Part shown: piece by piece, positions 38,320 through 48,731 of the stretch
Layout of the letters: each line of letters begins with the position of its first letter
Numbering within the stretch: position 1 is the stretch's first letter
From: a virus
IMG/VR virus record: IMGVR_UViG_3300037087_000150
Span: 21,870-85,869 of that record
Length of the DNA: 64,000 nt
Reading direction: 5' to 3' (one strand)
Made by a program: the position numbers and the translations under genes
The notes under the pieces: model-generated
The model's input: only the letters and a program-made list of their open reading frames with translations
Databases searched by the model: none
Told to the model about the DNA's origin: nothing

Positions 38320-40194
38320 TTAAAGTCCAAGATTAACAGAACTTTGATTATTACCTCGTCCAACTACAACTGTCGATGGTGGAGTTCTTTGTGCGATTAC
38401 ATTTGTTGTTCCTACTGTATCAGAAATTAAAACACCATCTTCATAATGATAACCAGAGGGTGCTATCCCACTTGTTGTACTATTATTACTAATTCCACTC
38501 GTAGTACTAATTCCACTAGCGTTGGTTGTAACCTGAGTAGGTTTAGAATATATTCTACCGTATTGATTATTAAACATTCTATTTATTTCTTGTGCTCCAA
38601 ATGGTCTTGCCAATTTTATATCAAGAGTAACATCAACTCTCTTTGGCATATCCTGAAATCCCAATTCAGTACTAAATTTCAAATCAACATTATTCACCAC
38701 AATGTTAGCCATATTTAAAATAGGGGAGAATGGATTACCTACTGTTAAATGCCATGGAGTTGTGGATAAACCACTCATTAAACCTATACTACCAATTAAT
38801 GGCCAACGATAACGATAAACTGAACCAGCCAAAATTGTATTCACGACCCCCGAAAAAATAGAACTAACCTTGGAAAAATCCAAATTAACACCAGCAAAAA
38901 TACCATTCGGGGAAGCTTTGGACGATTTTCCTTGAAGATTATCGAGTCTATTTTGCCAATAATTAATATTATTTGTATAAAGTTCTGGATGACTACTTTG
39001 TGATTGCTGATTCTTTAAGTCTGATAATTTCTTTTGGGCGTTATCTATTTGTGCTTGTTTATTGGATGCCGTCTGATTATTTGTTGTTATTTGATCATTT
39101 ACACCACTCCATGAAGTTGTGATATTACCAGCACTCTTTGTACCAGTATCCGTATTGGATAATCCAGTGAAGAATTCTTTTACTGTCGAAACAAAAACAT
39201 CTACTAATTGTTTACCAAGATTTACCCATGCTTGTGCACTATCTTTACTACCGCCCATTAAAACATCCTTAAAGAAAGTTTGAAAAGCTTCACTATTTCC
39301 ATTAAGAATAAATTTCATATCTGATGTTCCACAACGAGCTAAGTTAGCAATTATATCCTGAAAAGCCAACCCCGGATCAACTCCATCAATATATTTTTGT
39401 TCATAAGAAGTTTCAAATGTTATTTTCAAATCAGATAATAAAGATTGACCATCAGTATCTCTCATCATAGCTTGTCTTAAAACATTAGGATCTCCTGTTG
39501 GAACATGAAGAAAATCATATGTTGTTAATCCCATTTTATTTAACATACCAAATAAAAACCCTTGTGACCAACCAGCGACAGGTAAGAACATTTCAGTTCT
39601 GATACCAAATTGTTCTTTCATTATCTTCTGAATAACTTTATCCAAAGTTTCTGTCTGTTCGACCCATTTCTCACCGAAATTGAAAGAAAACAATTCTTTA
39701 TTGGAATCATCCACTTTAAACCATCCAACAACTGTTGAAATCGGTCTTTCTTTGAATAATGATAAATTATTCGGGACTATAACACCATCTCTATATCTTC
39801 TTAATATTATTAATCTATTGATCGGATAGACACCCAAATCTCTCAGATAAACAAAATCAGCGGCCTTTAAGGTCATAGATGGTGGACCATGTTTATTATC
39901 ACCTCCCGATCCAGTTCCACCACCCGAACCATTAAAATAGTCAAGTAATGAAATATAAGGATCTTGATTTATTCTATCAGTAGCATAAATGGTATCACCA
40001 ATATAACCAATTACATTATTTCTGTAATGAGATCCACTGTCTTTATATACTCTGTCATATTTGGTAGTATCGAAAGATCCGAATATATCTCCCGTATTTC
40101 CTTGATTGTTATTAACAACAGGCATTACATTTTGTGGGGGTGTTCCCGGAATTGGTACTGCTCCAAACAAAAAACTCATTTCATTATGAACCAT
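38320..40194 (-). CDS. Probable baseplate/tail-tube initiator protein
   Basis: Heads tail module after late box; WHLTVGNP..PI...N...LGFQDMP..V.V...IK.ARP. Confidence 0.55.
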   Translation of the reverse strand: MVHNEMSFLFGAVPIPGTPPQNVMPVVNNNQGNTGDIFGSFDTTKYDRVYKDSGSHYRNNVIGYIGDTIYATDRINQDPYISLLDYFNGSGGGTGSGGDNKHGPPSMTLKAADFVYLRDLGVYPINRLIILRRYRDGVIVPNNLSLFKERPISTVVGWFKVDDSNKELFSFNFGEKWVEQTETLDKVIQKIMKEQFGIRTEMFLPVAGWSQGFLFGMLNKMGLTTYDFLHVPTGDPNVLRQAMMRDTDGQSLLSDLKITFETSYEQKYIDGVDPGLAFQDIIANLARCGTSDMKFILNGNSEAFQTFFKDVLMGGSKDSAQAWVNLGKQLVDVFVSTVKEFFTGLSNTDTGTKSAGNITTSWSGVNDQITTNNQTASNKQAQIDNAQKKLSDLKNQQSQSSHPELYTNNINYWQNRLDNLQGKSSKASPNGIFAGVNLDFSKVSSIFSGVVNTILAGSVYRYRWPLIGSIGLMSGLSTTPWHLTVGNPFSPILNMANIVVNNVDLKFSTELGFQDMPKRVDVTLDIKLARPFGAQEINRMFNNQYGRIYSKPTQVTTNASGISTTSGISNNSTTSGIAPSGYHYEDGVLISDTVGTTNVIAQRTPPSTVVVGRGNNQSSVNLGL

Positions 40195-40249
40195 GTAAAG
40201 TGCTTTCTTTTGTTTTATATATTAAAAAAGGCTCTACCCTCTTTTCATT

Positions 40250-40279
40250 TTTTTTATTCGAATATTTGTTATACATTTG
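40250..40279 (+). promoter_or_regulatory. Bacteroidota-type promoter TTTTTTATT-N13-TACATTTG
   Basis: Bipartite motif upstream of C5 MTase. Confidence 0.55.
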
Positions 40280-40302
40280 TACTCAACTTTAAAAGACTTT
40301 TG

Positions 40303-41205
40303 ATGATAATATTCAATGACTATTTTACTGTCTTATCATTATTTGACGGAATATCTTGTGGACAAATTGCCATTAATAAGGTATGTAACGGGAAAAAGTA
40401 TATCTATTTCGCTAGCGAAATCGAAAAATCTTCAATTTTTGTTACTAAATATAATTATCCAAATACTATTCATGTCGGTGATGTTAGGGGAATAACCAAA
40501 AAAAGTGTCAAAAATTCCAAGATTGATTTACTTATTGGTGGTTCACCATGTACTGATCTATCAATAGCAGGAAAGAAAAAAGGATTGTTGACTGATTGTT
40601 TAGACCAATATTTGAAACTCAAAAAAGAAGAATTTGAATTTGAAGGCCAATCCTATTTGTTTTGGGAGTATGTCAGAATTTTAAGAGAATTAAAACCAAA
40701 ATATTTCTTTTTGGAAAATGTTTTAATGAGTAAAAAATGGGAAGATGTTATCTCCAGAGAAGTTGGTGTTAAACCAATCAGAATTAATTCATCGTTAGTA
40801 TCAGCACAAAACAGAGACCGTTTATACTGGACAAATATACCGAATATTTCTATTCCTCAGGACAAAAAAATTTCATTATCAAGCATCATTCCGGGGGCTA
40901 AGGGTTGTGGATATCGTGGTGTTATGAATCCGATAACAAAAAGATATGTTCCCAATTTCACGATTAGAAAAGACGATAAATCTAATTGTGTTGTGACATC
41001 TGGTAACACTAATAAAGTATATGTCAACGGAGTGGATAGGGATTTAACAATAAAAGAAATGGAAATATTACAAACTGTTCCCATTGATTATACCTATGTT
41101 AGTGGTATTCCAAAAACTCAAAGAAAAAGGATGTTGGGCAACGGATGGACTGTCGATGTTATATCACACTTTTTCGAAAAAATACCCGAACTTTCAATAC
41201 CTTAA
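40303..41205 (+). CDS. DNA (cytosine-5) methyltransferase
   Basis: LSLFDG, GGSPC, LENV, QNRDRLYW, LGNGW; start moved to ATG 40303. Confidence 0.93.
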   Translation: MIIFNDYFTVLSLFDGISCGQIAINKVCNGKKYIYFASEIEKSSIFVTKYNYPNTIHVGDVRGITKKSVKNSKIDLLIGGSPCTDLSIAGKKKGLLTDCLDQYLKLKKEEFEFEGQSYLFWEYVRILRELKPKYFFLENVLMSKKWEDVISREVGVKPIRINSSLVSAQNRDRLYWTNIPNISIPQDKKISLSSIIPGAKGCGYRGVMNPITKRYVPNFTIRKDDKSNCVVTSGNTNKVYVNGVDRDLTIKEMEILQTVPIDYTYVSGIPKTQRKRMLGNGWTVDVISHFFEKIPELSIP

Positions 41206-41227
41206 TTTCACTTAAAAATTATTTATT

Positions 41228-41413
41228 ATGAAGCGTCCGAAAGAATTAATCGCAACTGGTAAAACAGTAGAAAAGGCCATGAAACAGGCCCGTCATTGGT
41301 TTTCAATGAACCCAAACAGAAAAGTAATAAGTCTGAAAATGTCAGATAAGACTTTTTTGGTTCACAGAGGAGAAAAAAGGCTGTTATCTTCGATAATACA
41401 AAATGAAAAATAA
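41228..41413 (+). CDS. Hypothetical protein
   Basis: Short ORF in operon. Confidence 0.45.
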   Translation: MKRPKELIATGKTVEKAMKQARHWFSMNPNRKVISLKMSDKTFLVHRGEKRLLSSIIQNEK

Positions 41414-41419
41414 ATTGTG

Positions 41420-41854
41420 ATGGACTCACACGAATTTTTGGATGAATTGGAAAATAAGTTCCAAGACACTAATGATTTAATTGCTGTATTTTGTGGTGGT
41501 AAATTACAAAATGTTCCAATGATTGGAACTGTTTATAGATTTGATGAACCAAAAACTCCAGTATATCTTATGAAATGTCCACCAATGGGTATTTTATTGA
41601 GAAGTGATGAACAGGGAGTAAGATGTATGGAATTTCATTGTAATTATAATTGGTTGATGTTTGCCATCAAATATTGTACCCATAAACAGATAACTTCGGA
41701 ATTGAAAGATAAATATAAAGAAATGTGTGAATCTCTCACCGTATTTTTTGATATTCCCGAATCTGGTGGATCAACTAAAAACATGGAAATACAATGGACT
41801 TATAGTAAACTTATCGAATTTGTGAAAATTTATAATGATACTATAAACAATTAA
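41420..41854 (+). CDS. Hypothetical protein
   Basis: ORF in operon. Confidence 0.55.
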   Translation: MDSHEFLDELENKFQDTNDLIAVFCGGKLQNVPMIGTVYRFDEPKTPVYLMKCPPMGILLRSDEQGVRCMEFHCNYNWLMFAIKYCTHKQITSELKDKYKEMCESLTVFFDIPESGGSTKNMEIQWTYSKLIEFVKIYNDTINN

Positions 41855-42249
41855 TAATCTGATAATATTTGAGAATTATCGAATATCGGTATACTGGTTA
41901 ATACCTCATTCTGAAATCTAATATCATCCTTGAATTCTTCGAAGAACCAAAGTACATTAAATGTTGTACCCTCCTTCAATATTTTCTTTATTTTTAGAAC
42001 TTCCTTTATATCAAATTTTTTATTAGTAAAATTAGGAATATAATAAATATCCTTTTCCTTGTTCAGTGCCTGAGTGATTCGTGTATAAATCATCAGGTTA
42101 AAATATTCCGTGTATTTATCCCCATCTTCAATATCATTTTCTTCCATCGCGAGTTTTATATCAATTATCACCTTTTTGGAGATTCTATTTACCTTGATAT
42201 ATTTGTCTATCTTTTTTCTGCTTTTAGAGAGTACTAAGTAGAAGTTCAT
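41851..42249 (-). CDS. Hypothetical protein
   Basis: ORF after TAATATATA box. Confidence 0.6.
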   Translation of the reverse strand: MNFYLVLSKSRKKIDKYIKVNRISKKVIIDIKLAMEENDIEDGDKYTEYFNLMIYTRITQALNKEKDIYYIPNFTNKKFDIKEVLKIKKILKEGTTFNVLWFFEEFKDDIRFQNEVLTSIPIFDNSQILSDY

Positions 42250-42324
42250 ATTCTTGGATTGATTTTGAGTTATATATATTATAAAATGAATCCAAACGAA
42301 ATTTTTTGGAAATTTTAATATATA

Positions 42325-42915
42325 ATGAATATGAAATACTTATTATTATTCGAAAAATATTTAGAAAGTAACTATCCACCCTTGTATCATTACACAAAAT
42401 ATAGTTTGGAAAAAATATTAGATTGTGATACTTTAATAATTAAAACTCCATATATAGGAAAATCTTGTATTTGTCTTACCAGAAGTTCCAGTTATACTTA
42501 CGATGATAATTGGTTTCCACGATTAAAATTAAACCAAAACAAACTCAGATTAGATGGTTATGTTCCAAAATCAATTGATGAATTTAGTAAAGATGATAAT
42601 CCACATAAAAGAAAATTTGGAAAAAGTTTATGGAATAACACAGAATGGGAATTCGAAGAAAGAATATTTAAAGATATACACAAATTAGGGAAATACATTA
42701 TATCAATACAAATACCAAATTCATCCGATTATGAAGTTAATATTCGTGACTATAATGGACGAAAATATAGATCAAGAGATTTTATATATTTAGATTACAT
42801 AAAAAAATACCTTGAAAAATATTCTCATATTAAATTGGAATATTATGATGTTAAAAAAAGATGGAAAATAACGAATGTCCCGAAAATTCTCAGTTATTCA
42901 GAATATGAAAATTAA
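42325..42915 (+). CDS. ADP-ribosyltransferase-like protein with CTS-like N-terminus
   Basis: LYHYT...ICLTR...EFEER; MKYLLLFEKYLE. Confidence 0.5.
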   Translation: MNMKYLLLFEKYLESNYPPLYHYTKYSLEKILDCDTLIIKTPYIGKSCICLTRSSSYTYDDNWFPRLKLNQNKLRLDGYVPKSIDEFSKDDNPHKRKFGKSLWNNTEWEFEERIFKDIHKLGKYIISIQIPNSSDYEVNIRDYNGRKYRSRDFIYLDYIKKYLEKYSHIKLEYYDVKKRWKITNVPKILSYSEYEN

Positions 42916-42983
42916 TTAAAACTTTTTATGAATTAAATAATAAAAACTTCGCAAACGAATTGCTAAAAAATAATCATTATATA

Positions 42984-44234
42984 ATGGCAAAACAACCGAC
43001 AAAACCTTCTAAGCCTTCAAATGAATTTGGGTTTTCAAAAATTTCAAGTGTTATAGACAATTTATCAAAAAAGTCAATGATTATCGTTGACAACATGAAT
43101 GAAGAAAGATCATACATTAGTACTGATGTATATACCTTAAACGCTTTATTATCCAAAAGTATTCTTCACGGTGGAATTCCTAAAAACAGAATTACAATTC
43201 TAGCTGGAGAATATTCCACAGGAAAAAGCTATATTTGTTATAATATAATGAGAAATGCCCAGAAAGAGGGTTATAAAATATTATTTTTAGATACTGAATA
43301 TTCAATTGATAGAGTTGATTTCGAATCATTCGGAGTTGATGTTTCTGATTCGGATAAATTCCAATTAATTCGTTGTTCACGAATTGAAAATGTAAAAATA
43401 GCCTTAGTTCAAATTATAGATGCTTTAATAGATTTGAAGGAACAAGGTGTAGATGTTAGTAAAACATTAATTATTATTGATAGTTTGGGTCAATTACATT
43501 CTGGTAAAGAAAAAGAAGATGCACTGAAAGGTGAAACAAAAACAGATATGACAAGAGCCAAAATTATCAAATCAATGCTTCGTCTTATTACTAATGATTT
43601 GGGGTATTTGAATATTCCATTGGTGGCAACAAACCATGTATACCTCACACAAGATTTATTTCCTCAAACAAAACAAAGTGGTGGTGAAGCTACTAATTAC
43701 ACACCTTCTATTGTTGTTTATTTATCAGCTTCCAAGGTTGAAGATAAAGATAAAGATGAATTATCCCTTGGATCATCAGGTATTCTTGTAACTGCAAGAG
43801 CCCGTAAAAATCGTATAGCCAAACCAAAGAAAATCAAATTTAGTATTGATCCCGATTCTGGTTGTAATCGTTACGAGGGATTAGACTTTTTTTGTACACC
43901 TGAAAATTTCGAAAAAGTTGGTATCGCTCAAGTAAAACAAGTCGTAGATAAGAAAACTGGTGAAGTAACATATGAATCAGCTGGAACAAAAGCCCGTTGG
44001 TATGTTAAACATCTTGATAAATATCTTTATGAAAAGAATCTTTATAATGGAAGTGTTTTTACCAAAGATGTATTAGAAGCATTAGAACCAATAATTTATG
44101 AATATTTCAGATATTCTTCATATGAAGAAAAACAGAAAATTGAAGAAGAAATGAACAAATTATACTCTCAATTTGAAGAAGATCCAGAACTCGAAATCGA
44201 CAGTGATGGTATGGATGATACTTTATTGAAATAA
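42984..44234 (+). CDS. uvsX: RecA/UvsX-like recombinase
   Basis: GGIPKNRITILAGEYSTGKS, LDTE, IIDSLG, DMTRAK, TNHVY, SGG. Confidence 0.92.
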   Translation: MAKQPTKPSKPSNEFGFSKISSVIDNLSKKSMIIVDNMNEERSYISTDVYTLNALLSKSILHGGIPKNRITILAGEYSTGKSYICYNIMRNAQKEGYKILFLDTEYSIDRVDFESFGVDVSDSDKFQLIRCSRIENVKIALVQIIDALIDLKEQGVDVSKTLIIIDSLGQLHSGKEKEDALKGETKTDMTRAKIIKSMLRLITNDLGYLNIPLVATNHVYLTQDLFPQTKQSGGEATNYTPSIVVYLSASKVEDKDKDELSLGSSGILVTARARKNRIAKPKKIKFSIDPDSGCNRYEGLDFFCTPENFEKVGIAQVKQVVDKKTGEVTYESAGTKARWYVKHLDKYLYEKNLYNGSVFTKDVLEALEPIIYEYFRYSSYEEKQKIEEEMNKLYSQFEEDPELEIDSDGMDDTLLK

Positions 44235-44251
44235 AAAAATAATTAAAAAAT

Positions 44252-44515
44252 ATGTTAAGAATTAGAATTATTAATCCAGAACAATTTAAAACACCAGAAA
44301 AAGAAAAAGATATTCCTCAAGCTACATGGTATTCCAGAATGAAATCGTATGATTGGGATGTAAACATGGGAATGGATGAGGATATTAAAAATTGTACCGT
44401 TGGTCATCAACTCGATTCTATTGAATTGGACAGCATTTATTTAAGTACACGAAAAAATGTTCAAGATTTTATTGACTTTTTGACGAACGCGAAAGAATCT
44501 TTTCCAGAAAAATAA
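44252..44515 (+). CDS. Hypothetical protein
   Basis: ORF in operon. Confidence 0.5.
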   Translation: MLRIRIINPEQFKTPEKEKDIPQATWYSRMKSYDWDVNMGMDEDIKNCTVGHQLDSIELDSIYLSTRKNVQDFIDFLTNAKESFPEK

Positions 44516-44527
44516 TAATTCAAAAAT

Positions 44528-44824
44528 ATGAGAAAACTAATTATTAGAGTGTTTTATATTATGGTTGGTGGTTTATCCAGACAACAAGCTGAAGAGCAAA
44601 TGTATGAATTGATGCAAGAGTATCATCCAAATTTACCCGATGATTTAAACGAAGATTATCATATTGAAGATATTTGGCTCCCAATAACACAAGGTCAAAG
44701 TAAAGTGGAAGTTATTTATCCATCTAAATTAGAAATTGAAGATTTAGATTTAGAAAATGTAAATAAATTGATAGAGAAATTAAATGAAATAAAAACCAGA
44801 TTAGCTAATAATTCTAATTCTTAA
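44528..44824 (+). CDS. Mini protein resembling the T4 gp20 portal clip domain
   Basis: RVFYIMVGGLSRQQAEEQMYELM...IEDIWLP resembles gp20 [23 protein letters not shown]...TEDYWL (recalled). Confidence 0.6.
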   Translation: MRKLIIRVFYIMVGGLSRQQAEEQMYELMQEYHPNLPDDLNEDYHIEDIWLPITQGQSKVEVIYPSKLEIEDLDLENVNKLIEKLNEIKTRLANNSNS

Positions 44825-44886
44825 TAATTTTAACAATTATTAAACTTAACAATTTATCTTTTATATATAAAGATAAAAATAATACT

Positions 44887-45792
44887 ATGAAAACAGCTAA
44901 AACTTATTCAATTGAAGAAGGAATCTATCAAACATTCGATAAATTAATAACAAAATTAAATATAAATAGAAGTTCCTTTTTTGAGGAAAAAATATTAGAA
45001 TTCATAAAAGAGAATTCATCGAAAGTAGAATTGAAAGAGAATAAAATTTTAACGATTAAAAATCTTTCAAATCATTTTTATACAATAAAATCTACTGTAA
45101 CAGAAAAAGTTGAGGTATTATATGTAGAAATGGATAAAAATTTTTCTCGTTCAAAAGAAACACCAACTGGAAATTTGACAAGTGAAGAAAAACAGTTAAT
45201 CGTGTCTTTATTGAAAGATATTAATACAATTGGATCAAAATCAAAAAAAGAAGTAGAAAATATATTAGAAAAAATTTCCGATAAAACTACCCTTATACCG
45301 GCTGATGTTTTTACAAGAACTGGATTAATTGGAACAATTAGTACAAAAATAGATCCAAGTAAATCAGTATCAGAAATTATAAAAGAAATGTTAGATGAAG
45401 CTTTTGTATCTAAGGTTAAAGAACTTGGAGAAAGAAATCAAAAGAAGATGGGAATCTGTGATGCAATTAATTATAAAGATATAGATGGTGGAAATATAAT
45501 TTCAAGTTTGACGGGTGGAGTGGATTTTTGTATCGGTAATTCAAAAACCCTAAATAAAGTTGATTGGTTAGATCGTTATCTTTTAATTAATGAGAATTTA
45601 GAAAATGATATTATCATTTTTGGTAAAAAAACAGAAGTAGACAAACCGGGAGTCGTTGCTATAATTCAAGTAGATGAAAATGATAATATAATTTATAATG
45701 TGGAAAATAATGAATTGAATTTAAAAGCAAATATGTTCGATATAGGATTTTTTCCAGAAAAATGTTATTTTACAGCAAAATTAATAAACTGA
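44887..45792 (+). CDS. Protein with RHH-like N-terminus and gp23 capsid-like C-terminal half
   Basis: KTYSIEE...INRSSFFEEKI; GVDFCIGN...NDIIIFGKK....PGV...GFFPEKCYFT. Confidence 0.45.
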   Translation: MKTAKTYSIEEGIYQTFDKLITKLNINRSSFFEEKILEFIKENSSKVELKENKILTIKNLSNHFYTIKSTVTEKVEVLYVEMDKNFSRSKETPTGNLTSEEKQLIVSLLKDINTIGSKSKKEVENILEKISDKTTLIPADVFTRTGLIGTISTKIDPSKSVSEIIKEMLDEAFVSKVKELGERNQKKMGICDAINYKDIDGGNIISSLTGGVDFCIGNSKTLNKVDWLDRYLLINENLENDIIIFGKKTEVDKPGVVAIIQVDENDNIIYNVENNELNLKANMFDIGFFPEKCYFTAKLIN

Positions 45793-45795
45793 AAT

Positions 45796-45987
45796 ATGGA
45801 ACAATATGAAATTAAGAAACAATCGGATGAAATAAGAGAAAAATTACGATTGTTTGATAAGAAGAAAAAGCGTGAGAGAGAAGATATTATAGACGAATGG
45901 GAAGAATTACAAAGAAAATGTAAACACCCAAATCTTCAAGGAAAACACGAAGGATATTGTCCAGATTGTGGTTACACATTCGGATAA
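45796..45987 (+). CDS. Small coiled-coil/Zn-finger protein
   Basis: CKH...CPDCG. Confidence 0.55.
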   Translation: MEQYEIKKQSDEIREKLRLFDKKKKREREDIIDEWEELQRKCKHPNLQGKHEGYCPDCGYTFG

Positions 45988-46001
45988 AATATATTATAGT
46001 T

Positions 46002-46265
46002 ATGGATTATTTATCAATGATTTACCTCCGTTCACTTATAAAATGTGAACAATTAAAATCTATGGATGTCATAGGTCATTATGACATTGAAATCAAAAAA
46101 CAGGATGAAAGATTATGTCTTGATGATGGTGTTACTGAATTCGATGTTGTAATGGATATTAAACTTCAACCGAAAAAAACTATACAATATATAGAGATGC
46201 CCATCACGATAACAAAAAGTGGAACAATTTTAGGTGATGATAAGGCTCTCCCAGAGAGTAAATAA
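46002..46265 (+). CDS. Mini protein resembling tail sheath (gp18) C-terminal domain
   Basis: EFDVVMDIKLQPKKTIQYIEMPITITKSG resembles gp18 EFVATFYIQPARSINYITLNFVATATG (recalled). Confidence 0.55.
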   Translation: MDYLSMIYLRSLIKCEQLKSMDVIGHYDIEIKKQDERLCLDDGVTEFDVVMDIKLQPKKTIQYIEMPITITKSGTILGDDKALPESK

Positions 46266-46279
46266 AACAATACTAAAAC

Positions 46280-47386
46280 ATGGTAAACGAAAAATTAAAA
46301 TTCGATTTTGATGACTTGCTCATTCAACCAATATCTCAAAGCCTTATTTCTTCAAGAAAAGAAGTAACTGTTTTTGATGGAACTCATATGTTACCTCTAT
46401 TTACAGCCCCAATGGATACTGTGGTTGATATGAAAAATATAGAAATATTTAGTGAAAATAAAATATATTCCATTGTTCCGAGAACTTATGATAGACCACC
46501 AGAAAATAATCAATGGAAAGCTATTGGATTAAAAGAGTTCGAACATTTTTATATCAATAATGATATTTGTGATTTATTCTCAGTTGACCCCGAAAAGGCG
46601 AAACTAACCATGAATCATAAAATATTAATTGATATTGCTAACGGACATATGGAAAAACTGGTACATCTTATTAAAAAAGCCAAAGAAAAATACGGGAACA
46701 AATTAACTCTTATGGTTGGTAATGTGGCTAATCCTTCCACCTATTTTGAATTATCAAAGGCCGGTGCCGATTACATTAGAGTAGGAATTGGAAACGGTGG
46801 TGGATGTTTAACGAGTCAACAGGTTGGAGTTGGGTATCCTTTAGCTTCTTTGATTTATGAGATCTATCAGGAAAGAAATATCAGATCTGATATGAAACCT
46901 AATGATTGTGCAAAAATAGTGGCTGATGGTGGTATGAAAAATTATTCAGATATTATTAAGGCCTTGGCTTTGGGTGCAAATTATGTGATGATTGGGAGTA
47001 TTTTTAATAGGGCTTTAGAAAGTGCTGGAGAGACCTACGGTGCTAATATTCACCACGAAACATGGTTAGAACCCGGTGAAAAAGTTGATCAATACTCAGA
47101 GGGAGTGAAAAACGCCTTTAAAAATGGGGCTAAATTTTATAAGAAATTCAGAGGGATGTCAACCAAGGGAGTTCAGAAACTTCTGGGTAACGATAATTTA
47201 AAAACATCTGAGGGTGTAACCAGAATGAATCCAGTAGAATATACCATAGAGGGATGGACGGAGAATTTTAAACATTATTTAGCCTCTGCGATGTCTTATA
47301 CGGGGACTTCTACCTTAAATGAGTTCATTGGTAAGGTTGACCTCAATCTGATAACACAGAGTAGCTTTAATCGATTTAACAAATAA
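46280..47386 (+). CDS. IMP dehydrogenase / GMP reductase family protein
   Basis: FDDLLIQP, APMDTV, DIANGH, RVGIGNGGGCLT, ADGG, FRGMST, SAMSYTG. Confidence 0.9.
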   Translation: MVNEKLKFDFDDLLIQPISQSLISSRKEVTVFDGTHMLPLFTAPMDTVVDMKNIEIFSENKIYSIVPRTYDRPPENNQWKAIGLKEFEHFYINNDICDLFSVDPEKAKLTMNHKILIDIANGHMEKLVHLIKKAKEKYGNKLTLMVGNVANPSTYFELSKAGADYIRVGIGNGGGCLTSQQVGVGYPLASLIYEIYQERNIRSDMKPNDCAKIVADGGMKNYSDIIKALALGANYVMIGSIFNRALESAGETYGANIHHETWLEPGEKVDQYSEGVKNAFKNGAKFYKKFRGMSTKGVQKLLGNDNLKTSEGVTRMNPVEYTIEGWTENFKHYLASAMSYTGTSTLNEFIGKVDLNLITQSSFNRFNK

Positions 47387-47391
47387 GTAAT

Positions 47392-47628
47392 ATGGAAAGT
47401 AAAAAACAAAAAGAAATTGAAAATAGTTTAAGTTCTGAATTAAATAATATGATTACGGAACTTGAACTTGGACATTTATCAAAGGAATCAATAATTGGGT
47501 ATTTCACGGAATTTCTATTAGATGCCAAAGTAGATTCTGAAATTATTGTAAATGTTTTAGAACGAGATCAATTTGGTGATTTAGGAAAAGAACAAGCAAG
47601 ATACATAAAAGTAGAAGAAGGATGGTAA
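47392..47628 (+). CDS. Hypothetical protein
   Basis: ORF in operon. Confidence 0.5.
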   Translation: MESKKQKEIENSLSSELNNMITELELGHLSKESIIGYFTEFLLDAKVDSEIIVNVLERDQFGDLGKEQARYIKVEEGW

Positions 47629-47629
47629 T

Positions 47630-48379
47630 ATGAGTGAGAAATACATACCGAAATATTTGTCAGAAGATATCGACCATAATGTGAAAGATACTCCGACTGT
47701 TAAAAAATTTCAAACCAACGGAAAAATGGCCTCTTATTTACAGGATATTTATGAATATGTTCATAATTTAGATAAAACAACATTATTAACATCATCAACA
47801 AAACCATATAAAATGGGAGCACTAAAAGGAATTGACATTTATGTTGACCCTTATATGAGATGGAATGATGATCGAATAATATTCTTTGACGAAAACGATA
47901 ATATAGTAAATGAAGTTGTATTTGAAATGAATTTGTACGAAGAAAAAAGTACAAACGAAGAAAGGTCAAACAGATTAAAAATGTTATTGGATGATGATGT
48001 TGAAGAAACAAACAAATTCATGGAAGAAGGGAAAAGATTGGAAGAACTAAAACGAAAAGCGAATTTAGATAAAATATTCAGAGAATTTGTTTTCAATCTT
48101 CTCGAAACACATCCAGAAATTAAAAAAATAAAAGTATGTCCAGAAGGATGTTCTAAATTAGATTTATATGAACTTCGTAAAGATAGAAATAATTCCGAGA
48201 TAACTACAATCTCTTTTAAGATTGGATGGTTTAAAGGTGAAGTAGTAGCGGAATATGATAAAAAAATATTCAATGATAAATTGATTCTTTATTGTGATAA
48301 TACAAAAATTACAGATGAAATTTTATTCTTGGATGAAAATGATAATGAGATTTATAAAACAAATATGAGGTTGATATGA
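47630..48379 (+). CDS. Protein with major-capsid-like segments and internal RxxxLxxLL tags
   Basis: FQTNGKMASYLQD...MGALKGIDIYVDPYMRWNDDRII; second degenerate copy; TNEERSNRLKMLL. Confidence 0.5.
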   Translation: MSEKYIPKYLSEDIDHNVKDTPTVKKFQTNGKMASYLQDIYEYVHNLDKTTLLTSSTKPYKMGALKGIDIYVDPYMRWNDDRIIFFDENDNIVNEVVFEMNLYEEKSTNEERSNRLKMLLDDDVEETNKFMEEGKRLEELKRKANLDKIFREFVFNLLETHPEIKKIKVCPEGCSKLDLYELRKDRNNSEITTISFKIGWFKGEVVAEYDKKIFNDKLILYCDNTKITDEILFLDENDNEIYKTNMRLI

Positions 48380-48731
48380 AAAAAGAAAAAGACACAAAGG
48401 AATTTAAAGACTTTATGAAAACAATAAAGGAAGATGGATTACAATGTAGAATAAATAAGAACATTAAAAAATATGAAAAATATCATGGAGTTGATAAAAT
48501 ATGGTTTCAATTTCATTAATATTTATAAAACAAATATGAGTTCAATATGATAAAAAAGAATAATGAAAACACTCTTAATTGGGAGATCGTTGAAAAAATA
48601 TTACAATTACAGGGGAATTTGGATTCTGATTTCCAAATAGAAATGGGATTACAAGAAAATGTTGGTATGAGTATGTGGCTAACCAACGTAAAGATATTGG
48701 GTGAAAAACCTAAAAAAGAATAACAATATGA

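Noticed and set aside
39964-40302. N-terminal extension of the C5 MTase in the ORF track
   Set aside because: Overlaps the opposite-strand tail gene and the promoter region; MTase motif I begins just after ATG 40303.
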